51,928 nucleotides of DNA from Alphaproteobacteria bacterium (GTDB lineage: Bacteria; Pseudomonadota; Alphaproteobacteria; Rs-D84; NBLK01). Where the stretch lies: NCBI GenBank assembly GCA_016937865.1, contig JAFGVS010000016.1:1-51928 (forward strand), given 5' to 3'. Shown here in pieces: positions 35,378 through 45,976 of the stretch (position 1 is the stretch's first letter; each line of letters opens with the position of its first letter). The position numbers were made by a program, and so were the translations under genes. The notes under the pieces were generated by a model. That model was given only the letters and a program-made list of their open reading frames with translations, was not told the origin of the DNA and ran no database searches.

Positions 35378-36943
35378 ATGAAAAAAATACTCTTTGTTTT
35401 TCTTGGGATTAGTTTACTTGTTGCGAGTGGTGCTTTTGCGGCACGCACCAAGGGGATTGTGAGTCCAAAAATAAAAACGAAAACAATCGAAGTTGAAAAG
35501 ATTGTGAAAGTGCCAGGCCAATCTGTTGTTATTAAAAATGAAGTGAACATGAATGTTGGTGCTTGTGCTGAAGAGTATCGTTATAAAACGGTTTCTTATT
35601 GTGCGGGTCATAATGGCTGTAAAGAAATGAGTTCTATTGAAGCCCTGATGGAAATTGATCCGTTGATTTCTGCGGGATGTCGTGAGCTGGCCTATAATTC
35701 TAAATTGACTGCCATTGAAGATGGGATTGCGGTACATTTACGTTGTTTGAATGCGAATGGTCTTTATGATCTCAATAAAGGCGTTTGTCGTTTTACGGTT
35801 GAATTGCGTCGTGGTAAAAAGGTAAAAGAAACGGCAGAAGTTTGGGAAGATATTGAATATACGTGTGGTAAAGAACTTTTCCCAATGGCGGCCAAAAACC
35901 GTCGTAATGCTATTATTGGTGGTGGTGTGATTGGTGCAGGTGCAGGTGCCGTTGGTGGTGGATTACTGTTTAAAAACGTCTTTGGTGAAAAAAAGATGTT
36001 AAAAGATCTTTTCTCAAAAGATCCATGTAATGTTTCGGATGAAGGGAAACGAAAAGAACTTGTAAAAAAATTACGTAAAGATGAAATCACAGACTATGCT
36101 GCATTTGTTGAATCTTTAAAGACTGCTGGTGTTTCTGATCCAGCCGGTTGTGCAGATAGTTTTTTCCGTCAAAGTTATATTGAAGGGGTTTATTTGAAAG
36201 TTTCAACATATTTTCAACGTATCGAAGATAATATGTTTGCGTTTAAGGAACGTGTATTCTTTGGTGTAAATAAAGATAATCTTGGAAATGAAGCAACAGA
36301 GATATTGGATCAATTGTCTGAAACATTAACTAAAGAAGGGGTTGAAAAGTGTGTGAAAATTTCAGTTTACGGTTATGCTTCTGCACCTGGGACAACAGCA
36401 TTGAATCAAAATTTATCTGAGCGTCGTGCAAAAAAGGTTGCTGGGTATCTTAGAAACAAAGGTTTGACTGTTTCAGAGATTTATCCCGAAGGCGAACAGA
36501 TAAGTCCTACTACAGAATATACTTATAATCGTCGGGCAGACATTGCGTTGGATTTGCCAGCTGGATGTACCCCGAATTCATCAAATGTTAGTGGTGGAAG
36601 TGCTGAATTTGAAGAAGTTGAAGGTAAAGAAGCTACTTCTGAAATTATTCCAATCGATGGACAGAATTTTGTCTTAGACCATGCAAAGTTCCAAACGAAA
36701 GAAAACTTTGCAAAAGGCGCGATGATTGGGGCACCGGTTGGTGGATTGGTTGGTGCCGGACTTGGGGCTTTGTTCACAAAGTATAAATGTTATCTTTCAG
36801 GTACAGATGAGTTGCTTGCGAAATGGAATAAGACTTTTAAGATTTCTCCGCCAGCATCTTTGATCCCGGCTGATTCGATTACCACAGGGACTTCCAGTTC
36901 TTATTCGGCTTCGACATCGATAGAGACGAATGTTACTCAATAA
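35378..36943 (+). CDS. Secreted cysteine-rich glycine-zipper protein with an OmpA-like peptidoglycan-binding domain (521 aa)
   Basis: Signal peptide ...ASGAFA. GGGVIGAGAGAVGGGLLF. OmpA_C-like segment FGVNKDNL...ISVYGYASAPGTTALNQNLSERRAKKVAGYL...NRRADIAL. Second zipper GAPVGGLVGAGLGALF. Confidence 0.75.
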   Translation: MKKILFVFLGISLLVASGAFAARTKGIVSPKIKTKTIEVEKIVKVPGQSVVIKNEVNMNVGACAEEYRYKTVSYCAGHNGCKEMSSIEALMEIDPLISAGCRELAYNSKLTAIEDGIAVHLRCLNANGLYDLNKGVCRFTVELRRGKKVKETAEVWEDIEYTCGKELFPMAAKNRRNAIIGGGVIGAGAGAVGGGLLFKNVFGEKKMLKDLFSKDPCNVSDEGKRKELVKKLRKDEITDYAAFVESLKTAGVSDPAGCADSFFRQSYIEGVYLKVSTYFQRIEDNMFAFKERVFFGVNKDNLGNEATEILDQLSETLTKEGVEKCVKISVYGYASAPGTTALNQNLSERRAKKVAGYLRNKGLTVSEIYPEGEQISPTTEYTYNRRADIALDLPAGCTPNSSNVSGGSAEFEEVEGKEATSEIIPIDGQNFVLDHAKFQTKENFAKGAMIGAPVGGLVGAGLGALFTKYKCYLSGTDELLAKWNKTFKISPPASLIPADSITTGTSSSYSASTSIETNVTQ

Positions 36944-36975
36944 AATTTTCCCCGGTTTTCCGGGGATTTTTTTTG
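36943..36975 (+). terminator. Rho-independent terminator after the island
   Basis: tccccgg-tttt-ccgggga followed by T8. Confidence 0.75.
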
Positions 36976-37040
36976 CTTTGGGAATCATCTTGATTTTTGT
37001 CTAGGAATCCTTCACTATCTTTTCCGAAGGAGTTTTTTTT

Positions 37041-38114
37041 ATGTTGGCGTATTTAACGGATTTATATCACTTATCATTCTTTTCCTTTTTAACGGTTCGA
37101 AGTTTTTTGGCGCTTTTAACAGCCTTGTTTATGAGTTTACTTTTAGGGAGCAGGGTTATTGCATTCTTGCGTCATTGGCAGGGCAAGGGACAACCTATTC
37201 GTGCGGACGGGCCGAAGAGCCATTTAGCCAAAAAAGGCACGCCAACCATGGGTGGTTTTTTATGGTTGTCTACGCTGTTGTTGTCTTTGTTTTTATGGGG
37301 TAATTGGGTCCACCCTTATTTGTTGATTCTTCTTTTTGTTACTTTTTCTTTTGCCGCGATTGGTTTTTTTGATGATTATTACAAGGTGAAAAAACGTAAC
37401 TCTGCGGGATTGCCAGGGAAGCTTCGTCTCTTGTTGGAAACGATATGTGCAACCGTTGCGGTTGTGGCGATTTCTTATTTTACACCAGATGCCGAGACGA
37501 CAAAACTGGTCTTGCCATTTGTGAAAGCGTGGCAATTTGATATTGGTTATTTATACTATGCGTTGGGTGTTTTTGTGATTGTTGGATCGGCAAATGCCGT
37601 TAATATCACAGATGGGTTGGACGGACTTTCGACGTTAACTTCTATTTCGGCAACCTTTGTTTTTATGATTCTTGCGTATCTTATTGGGCGTGTTGATTTT
37701 TCAGCGTATCTCTTTTTGCCATACCTTTCTAATGCCACAGAGTTAGTTGTTTTTGCTGGTGCATTACTCGGGTCTTTGTTTGGCTTTCTTTGGTTTAATG
37801 TATCCCCTGCAAAAGTTTGGATGGGGGATATGGGATCATTGCCGTTGGGTGCGATTTTCGGAACGATGGCGATCATGACAAAATCGGAATTTGTGTGGGC
37901 GATTGCAGGTGCTTTGTTTGTGTTCGAAATCTTGTCTGTGATTTTACAAGTCGCTTATTTCAAACGTACTGGTGGTAAACGGATTTTTAAAATGGCGCCT
38001 CTTCATCATCATTTTGAATTATCTGGTTGGAAAGAAACAACGGTTGTTTTTCGCTTTTGGATCCTTTCTTTGATTTTTGCGTTGATCGCGCTTGCGACTT
38101 TAAAATTGAGATAG
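37041..38114 (+). CDS. mraY: Phospho-N-acetylmuramoyl-pentapeptide transferase MraY
   Basis: KKGTPTMGG, NAVNITDGLDGL, and PLHHHFELSGW.E..VV.RFW. Confidence 0.95.
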   Translation: MLAYLTDLYHLSFFSFLTVRSFLALLTALFMSLLLGSRVIAFLRHWQGKGQPIRADGPKSHLAKKGTPTMGGFLWLSTLLLSLFLWGNWVHPYLLILLFVTFSFAAIGFFDDYYKVKKRNSAGLPGKLRLLLETICATVAVVAISYFTPDAETTKLVLPFVKAWQFDIGYLYYALGVFVIVGSANAVNITDGLDGLSTLTSISATFVFMILAYLIGRVDFSAYLFLPYLSNATELVVFAGALLGSLFGFLWFNVSPAKVWMGDMGSLPLGAIFGTMAIMTKSEFVWAIAGALFVFEILSVILQVAYFKRTGGKRIFKMAPLHHHFELSGWKETTVVFRFWILSLIFALIALATLKLR

Positions 38115-38124
38115 AGAGTTAAAT

Positions 38125-38687
38125 ATGCCCAAAATTCCAAGTCATGCCAAATGTGTTTTTAAAGGGGTTCTGTTTGATGTGTACCAATGGGAACAAATGG
38201 GGTTCGATGGCACAACAACAACTTTCGAGATGTTACGGCGGAAAGCTGGTGTTCAGGTTTTAGCTTTGAACGGAATAGATGTTTATTATTTGGAGGAAGA
38301 ACAACCCTTAAAGGGAAAATATCGCGGGCTTGTTGGCGGTAGTGCAGAAAGTTATGAGGAAGATCCGTTGGATGTGGCCAAACGTGAATTGTTGGAAGAA
38401 ACGGGGATGGTGGCAAAAAATGGATTTTGCTTTCTTCGTCGAATTATGTTCCTAAAACAGATTGGGACTTTTATATGTATGTGGCTTATGGGTGCGAAAA
38501 GATTCAAGAGCCAGCCTTAGATTCATGTGAAAAAATTGAAATTAAAAAAATGCCTTTGGATTTATTTCTTCGCGATATCGCGACCGATCCGAAATTTCAT
38601 TCTTTTGAGTTGCGACGGATGCTCGTTGATACAGATTTAAAAAAGCAAGAAGAGTTGAAACAATGGTTAATGAAAAATTCGATTTAA
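38125..38687 (+). pseudogene. NUDIX hydrolase split by a frameshift at an A6 run
   Basis: ORF 38125..38520 carries the Nudix box (GGSAESYEEDPLDVAKRELLEETG). The natural continuation WILLSSSNYVPKTDWDFYMYVAYG... is in the -1 frame (ORF 38427..38687). The junction is at AAAAAA 38415-38420. Confidence 0.65.
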
Positions 38688-40015
38688 AAAACAAGCGTAT
38701 TTTAATTGTTGGGTTTGGGAAGACAGGACGATCTGCTGCGAAATTTTTGCAGGGAAAGGTCGGCTCTTTATTTGTTTGGGATGACTCTGAAAATGGACGT
38801 CAAAACATCAAAACAGCCGGTTATTTAATACCGACTTCTATTGAAGATATTGATTATAAAGCCCTGGATTTTATTTTATGGTCGCCAGGTATTCCCCATT
38901 ATGCGCCGGCACCCCATCCGATTGCTCTTGCGGCAAAAAAGGCCAAAGTGCCTTTGATTTGTGATATTGATTTATTTTATCAGTTATATCCGAAATCAAA
39001 ATATATTGGTGTGACGGGATCCAATGGAAAATCAACTACTGTTTCTTTGTTAAAACATATTTTTGATGAATTGGGTAAGTCCGCCTATTTAGCGGGAAAT
39101 ATTGGTCAGCCTATTTTTGATTTGCCCCCCCCGAAATCGAGTGACTTTATTATTTTGGAATTATCGAGTTATCAATTAGAACTTTGCCCTCATTTGCGAT
39201 TAAAGATAGGCGCGCTGTTGAATATTACTCCCGATCATTTGGCGCGCCATGATGGTATGAAACACTATATTTCGGCTAAGGAAGAAATTCTAAAAAAAGC
39301 AGATCAAAAAATTGTATGTACGGATACGCCAGAAGCGGCTAAATTGGCAAAGAAGTATTTCGCTATTCCCGTTTCTACGACCCATGAAGTTGAAGGTGGC
39401 GTTTATGCCAAGGATGGATCTGTTTCTAATTGGATGACTGCCAAGCCTCGTCGTTATATTGATTTGGATGCTGTGTCGTATTTAAAAGGTACGCATAATG
39501 CGCAAAATATTGCAGTGGCTTTTGCCGTGGCTAAAACAGCGAAATTATGTGGACGTCGCACAACGAAGGCTGTCTATTCTTTTACAGGGCTTGCACATCG
39601 TCAGGAATATGTCGTGAAGAAAGCGGGGATTGTTTATATTAATGACAGTAAGGCGACAAACGCCGAAGCAACAGAACCTGCGTTACAAACCTTCAATAAT
39701 ATTTATTTGATTGCAGGAGGGCAGGCGAAAGAGGGTGGCTTAGATTCTATTTTACCTTTGATCAAAGAAAAAGTTCGCGGTGTTTATTTGATTGGTGCCG
39801 CGATGGATTTATTTGCCAATCAGTTAGGATCTTTGGTTCCTGTTGTTAAAAGTGGGACTTTGGATCAGGCGCTAAAGGATGCCACTACACAGGCCCGTGT
39901 GGACGCCCATAAAAATCCAACTGTTTTACTTTCTCCGGCGTGTGCCTCATGGGATCAATTTGATTCATTTGAACATCGCGGGGATGCGTTTAAAAAATAT
40001 GTTAAGGCACTTTAA
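38663..40015 (+). CDS. murD: UDP-N-acetylmuramoylalanine--D-glutamate ligase MurD
   Basis: ILIVGFGKTGRS, GVTGSNGKSTT, LNITPDHL, DSKATN. Confidence 0.95.
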   Translation: MVNEKFDLKNKRILIVGFGKTGRSAAKFLQGKVGSLFVWDDSENGRQNIKTAGYLIPTSIEDIDYKALDFILWSPGIPHYAPAPHPIALAAKKAKVPLICDIDLFYQLYPKSKYIGVTGSNGKSTTVSLLKHIFDELGKSAYLAGNIGQPIFDLPPPKSSDFIILELSSYQLELCPHLRLKIGALLNITPDHLARHDGMKHYISAKEEILKKADQKIVCTDTPEAAKLAKKYFAIPVSTTHEVEGGVYAKDGSVSNWMTAKPRRYIDLDAVSYLKGTHNAQNIAVAFAVAKTAKLCGRRTTKAVYSFTGLAHRQEYVVKKAGIVYINDSKATNAEATEPALQTFNNIYLIAGGQAKEGGLDSILPLIKEKVRGVYLIGAAMDLFANQLGSLVPVVKSGTLDQALKDATTQARVDAHKNPTVLLSPACASWDQFDSFEHRGDAFKKYVKAL

Positions 40016-40132
40016 AAAATGGCCATCTAAAGAGCGCCGTATATGTATTATAAATTGTATTTCAAAAATAGAATTTGATTTTAGTCTTAAGATGTACTAT
40101 GCTTTTTGTATCAACTAAAAAAGGAGAAGAAG

Positions 40133-40747
40133 ATGTTAAAAAAATTGTTTTTTCTAGGTATTCCACTTGGTATTCTAACGGCTCTTATTGGATGGGCAAC
40201 CTGTGGTAATTTGTTTAATTGGATTTATCAAATTGATCCAACCTATATTTGGCTATCGCCTCTTGAGATGAATATCCCGTTGATTTGGGGTTCTAGCATT
40301 ATTTCAGCGATGATTATGGTATTTGCGTTTGGTGTTGTTAAAGATAAGATGTCTCAAAAATGTCGTATTGCACGTGGTTTATCTTTTGGATTATTGATTT
40401 GGTTGGTTGCGATTGTGCCAACTGAAATGTCTGCCTTCCTTTATACTGTGACTGCGGATGAAGTTATTCTATATCATTTGATTTTGGGACTTGTTATGTC
40501 TGTTTTACAAGGGATCTTTATTTCTGTTCTTTATGACGAAGCTCTTCCACTTGGATGTTGTTCTGATAATTGTAAAGTTGCTGCTCCGAAAGCTGTTTCA
40601 AAACCTGTTGTTAAAACGAAGGTAAAAGCATCGCCTAAACCGAAAGCAAAAGCCAAAGTTCAAGCAAAACCTGTTGTTAAAACAAAGGTAAAAGCATCGC
40701 CTAAACCAAAGGCAAAAGCCAAAGCCGCACAGAAGAAAAAGAAATAA
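40133..40747 (+). CDS. Hypothetical polytopic membrane protein with a Lys/Ala/Pro-rich repeat tail
   Basis: ATG at 40133 (MLKKLFFLGIPLGIL) with GGAGAAG upstream. About 4 TM segments. The tail is KPVVKTKVKASPKPKAKAK repeated twice. Confidence 0.6.
   Translation: MLKKLFFLGIPLGILTALIGWATCGNLFNWIYQIDPTYIWLSPLEMNIPLIWGSSIISAMIMVFAFGVVKDKMSQKCRIARGLSFGLLIWLVAIVPTEMSAFLYTVTADEVILYHLILGLVMSVLQGIFISVLYDEALPLGCCSDNCKVAAPKAVSKPVVKTKVKASPKPKAKAKVQAKPVVKTKVKASPKPKAKAKAAQKKKK
40601..40724 (+). repeat. Tandem duplication, 66-nt period, 2 units (coding)
   Basis: aaacctgttgttaaaacGaaggtaaaagcatcgcctaaaccGaaAgcaaaagccaaag at 40601 recurs at 40667 with three substitutions. Confidence 0.85.
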
Positions 40748-40763
40748 GTTTTCATTTCTATTT

Positions 40764-40789
40764 AAAAGCCCTTTTTAGGGTTTTTTTTT
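40764..40789 (+). terminator. Probable terminator
   Basis: Short ccct/aggg stem followed by T9. Confidence 0.45.
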
Positions 40790-40870
40790 CATTTTTTTAT
40801 GTTTTTTTGTATTTTTTCCTTGGTTTTCTGTTCTGGGTATGCTATCAAATTGTGTGTCTAAAAAGATTAA

Positions 40871-43273
<2,403 letters not shown>

Positions 43274-43285
43274 TTCTTAACGTTC

Positions 43286-43316
43286 AAAGATCCCTGTATA
43301 AGCGGGGATCTTTTTT
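43286..43316 (+). terminator. Rho-independent terminator after gyrB
   Basis: aagatccc...gggatctt followed by a T-run. Confidence 0.6.
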
Positions 43317-43387
43317 CTTTAAATTTAATTTAATTTTTGGCATGATGGATGGATTGATTCATTTTTAAACTTGTAAAGGAAATTGTT

Positions 43388-44764
43388 ATGGCCGTTAAAT
43401 TAATGGAAACTTTAGTCGCATTTTGTAAACGTAGGGGATTTGTTTTTCAAGGCTCTGATATTTATGGTGGACTTAAAGGGACGTATGATTTTGGGCCTCT
43501 TGGGGTTGAATTAAAGAAAAATTTGCGTCAAGCCTGGTGGACGACAATGGTTTATGAACGTGATGATGTCGAAGGTATTGAGTGTACCCATATTTCAAAT
43601 AAACTTATATGGAAATACTCGGGACATGAAGATAGTTTTTCAGATCCTTTGGTGGAATGTAAAGATTGTCATACCCGTATGCGGGAAGACAAAATGGTGG
43701 ATAAGACAAAATGTGATAAATGTGGTTCGACAAATTTAACAGAACCACGGCCTTTTCATCTCATGATGAAAATCGATATGGGGCCTGTTGCTAATGATGA
43801 AGATTATGCGTATTTGCGTGCTGAAACGGCCCAAGGTACTTATATTAACTTTAGAAACGTCATGGATTCGACATCGCGAAAAATTCCTTTCGGTATTGCA
43901 CAACATGGGCAATCCTTTCGAAATGAAATTACGCCACGTAATTTTTTATTTCGAACACGTGAATTTGAGCAAGCAGAAATGCAATTTTTTGTCGAACCTG
44001 GGACAGATAAAGAATGGTTTGAAACGTGGAAAAACATTCGAACAGACTGGTGGATTAAACAAGGCCTTTCAGAAAAAAATCTTCGTTTTGAACCGCATTC
44101 TCCAGATGATTTAGTGTTTTATGCGAAGCCGCCAACAGGCGATATTGAATATAAATTTCCACATGGTTGGGATGAGTTAGAAGGTATTCATAATCGCACG
44201 GATTATGACCTTGGAACACATACCAAAAATCAAAAAGAATTTGATATTCAGGCGACAGTAAAAGAAAACACGCACTCGAATACGAAGTTGAACTATTTGG
44301 ATCCACAAACAGGACAGAACTATATTCCTTTTGTGATTGAGGTTGCGGCCGGTTTAAATCGTGGTATTATTGCGGTATTGAATGAAGCTTACGCCGAAGA
44401 AGATTTAGGGGATGGAAAATCCCGTATTGTTTTGAAATTAAAAAAACATTTGGCGCCAATTAAGGTTGCGGTTGTGCCTTTGGCAAAAAATAATCCAGAG
44501 CTCGTTGCCCTGGCAAAGGATGTTAAAAATCGGTTGCAAAAACTTGGTCTTGGACGCATTTTATTTGAAAACACCGGAAATGTTGGAAAAGCGTATCGTC
44601 GTCATGATGAGGTTGGGACGCCGCTTTGTTTGACGATTGATTTTGAATCTTTAGAAGAAAAACCTGCCAGTTTGACGGTGCGCGATCGTGATACGATGAA
44701 GCAAGAACGTATTGAAATTGATCAAATCGAAACGTATGTTTTAAATTATTTTAAAGGTGAATAA
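43388..44764 (+). CDS. glyQS: Glycine--tRNA ligase, dimeric (alpha2, GlyQS) type
   Basis: CKRRGFVFQGSDIYGGL.G.YDFGPLGVELK.N....WW, a Cys4 insertion (C.DC...C.KCG), and an anticodon-binding C-terminus. Confidence 0.9.
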   Translation: MAVKLMETLVAFCKRRGFVFQGSDIYGGLKGTYDFGPLGVELKKNLRQAWWTTMVYERDDVEGIECTHISNKLIWKYSGHEDSFSDPLVECKDCHTRMREDKMVDKTKCDKCGSTNLTEPRPFHLMMKIDMGPVANDEDYAYLRAETAQGTYINFRNVMDSTSRKIPFGIAQHGQSFRNEITPRNFLFRTREFEQAEMQFFVEPGTDKEWFETWKNIRTDWWIKQGLSEKNLRFEPHSPDDLVFYAKPPTGDIEYKFPHGWDELEGIHNRTDYDLGTHTKNQKEFDIQATVKENTHSNTKLNYLDPQTGQNYIPFVIEVAAGLNRGIIAVLNEAYAEEDLGDGKSRIVLKLKKHLAPIKVAVVPLAKNNPELVALAKDVKNRLQKLGLGRILFENTGNVGKAYRRHDEVGTPLCLTIDFESLEEKPASLTVRDRDTMKQERIEIDQIETYVLNYFKGE

Positions 44765-45199
44765 ATGGATAAAGAACGTAAAAAACATATCATTGTTGGG
44801 GCACTTGCTTTTCTGTTTTTATGGACTTTTTTTGCGCTTATTCGACAACCAAGCACCGTCGGTGGTTATCAGCTTTCGATGGTTTTTGACCGCGCGGATG
44901 GTCTTCGGAATGGTGACGATGTTCGTTTAAATGGTATGAAAATTGGTGAGGTTGTTGCAAAGGAAATTAATGCCGATTATCAAGCAGTTGTGACTGTTGA
45001 AATTGAAAGTATTCAATTACCAGATGACAGTATTGCATTTATTCAAACGGATGGTCTTTTTGGTGGAAAATATATTCAAATTGGTGTTGGAGGCAGTGAA
45101 GATCATTTTGAAGATGGGGATGAAGTTGAATATACGCAAGGATCGGCAGATATCGAAGGGTTGGCGCGGGAAGTGATCCGCCGTATCAAGAAGAAATAG
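44765..45199 (+). CDS. mlaD: MlaD-like MCE-domain protein
   Basis: N-terminal TM. FDRADGLRNGDDVRLNGMKIGEV...DGLFGGKYIQI. Confidence 0.75.
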   Translation: MDKERKKHIIVGALAFLFLWTFFALIRQPSTVGGYQLSMVFDRADGLRNGDDVRLNGMKIGEVVAKEINADYQAVVTVEIESIQLPDDSIAFIQTDGLFGGKYIQIGVGGSEDHFEDGDEVEYTQGSADIEGLAREVIRRIKKK

Positions 45200-45243
45200 C
45201 TTGAAAATTTTTTAAAGCTTTCTATAATGAGGGCTGTCTTTAT

Positions 45244-45325
45244 GGGAATGTGGCGGAACTGGTAGACGCGCCAGACTCAAAATCTGGTTTCTTCGGAAGT
45301 GGGAGTTCGATTCTCCCCATTCCCA
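45244..45325 (+). tRNA. tRNA-Leu (anticodon CAA)
   Basis: Hand-folded cloverleaf. Acceptor GGGAATG/CATTCCC. D-arm GCG-GAACTGGTAGA-CGC. Anticodon arm CCAGA-CTCAAAA-TCTGG. Long variable arm TTCTTCGGAAG. T-arm GGGAG-TTCGATT-CTCCC. No encoded CCA. Confidence 0.85.
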
Positions 45326-45332
45326 TTTTAAA

Positions 45333-45476
45333 TTCTTCGTTTCTATTGGAAATTAATCTTATGGGTATATATTGCCGTTTCGCGGACATCATTCGACGTA
45401 CCTCATGTACGTCTTCGTCCTAAAACGACAGTATCTTCTCCATAACACTACTACGTTTTAATTTCGTTTTGCTGCA
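45333..45476 (+). repeat. Dispersed structured repeat, copy 5 (subfamily B)
   Basis: Begins 8 nt after the tRNA-Leu. TTGGAAATTAATCTTATGGGTATATATTGCCGTTTCGCGGACATCATTCGACGTACCTCATGTACGTCTTCGTCCTAAAACGAC...TTTTAATTTCGTTTTGCTGC. Confidence 0.85.
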
Positions 45477-45790
45477 AAATCGCGATTTTTAACAAATGTG
45501 TTCTTGCAAACACTTTAGTTTGTCCAAACGGAATCACATCAAAATGGTGATATTCTTTTCCAATCACGTATCGACATACGCGACTGGAAAAATAAATCTG
45601 GTTTCAATGTACCTTTAAACAAAATTATTGAAAAATCTCAACACGTCTTGGGTCCTCGGGTTTTCTAGACGTATTTTTGGGTAAGTTTTTCGTACATTTC
45701 TTTTTTTATGTGTATATATAGTTTTTCTCTTTTTGATTTTTTTGTTTTTTGTGATATCTTCTTCGAAATACTCATTTAAAGGAGACGGAC

Positions 45791-45976
45791 ATGTCTAAGG
45801 AAAAAACAGAAAAGTCAACTGCACAAAAAATAGCAGAATTAAAAATAGAACAGGAAAAATTGTTGCAGGAGAATCCAAATCTTCCTCGATTTCGTGGGGC
45901 TATTGGTCTTGTTCAAAAAGAAACTGAAAAGACTTCTGAGGTTGTTAAAAAACGCAGGAATTTTCGCGCGGTTTAA
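45791..45976 (+). CDS. Hypothetical small basic protein (61 aa)
   Basis: AAAGGAG RBS 6 nt upstream of the ATG. No motif recognised. Confidence 0.4.
   Translation: MSKEKTEKSTAQKIAELKIEQEKLLQENPNLPRFRGAIGLVQKETEKTSEVVKKRRNFRAV

Noticed and set aside
38427-38687. Independent 86-aa gene.
   Set aside because: It has a TTG pseudo-start. Its sequence is the C-terminal half of the NUDIX fold begun in 38125..38520, so it is treated as one frameshifted gene.
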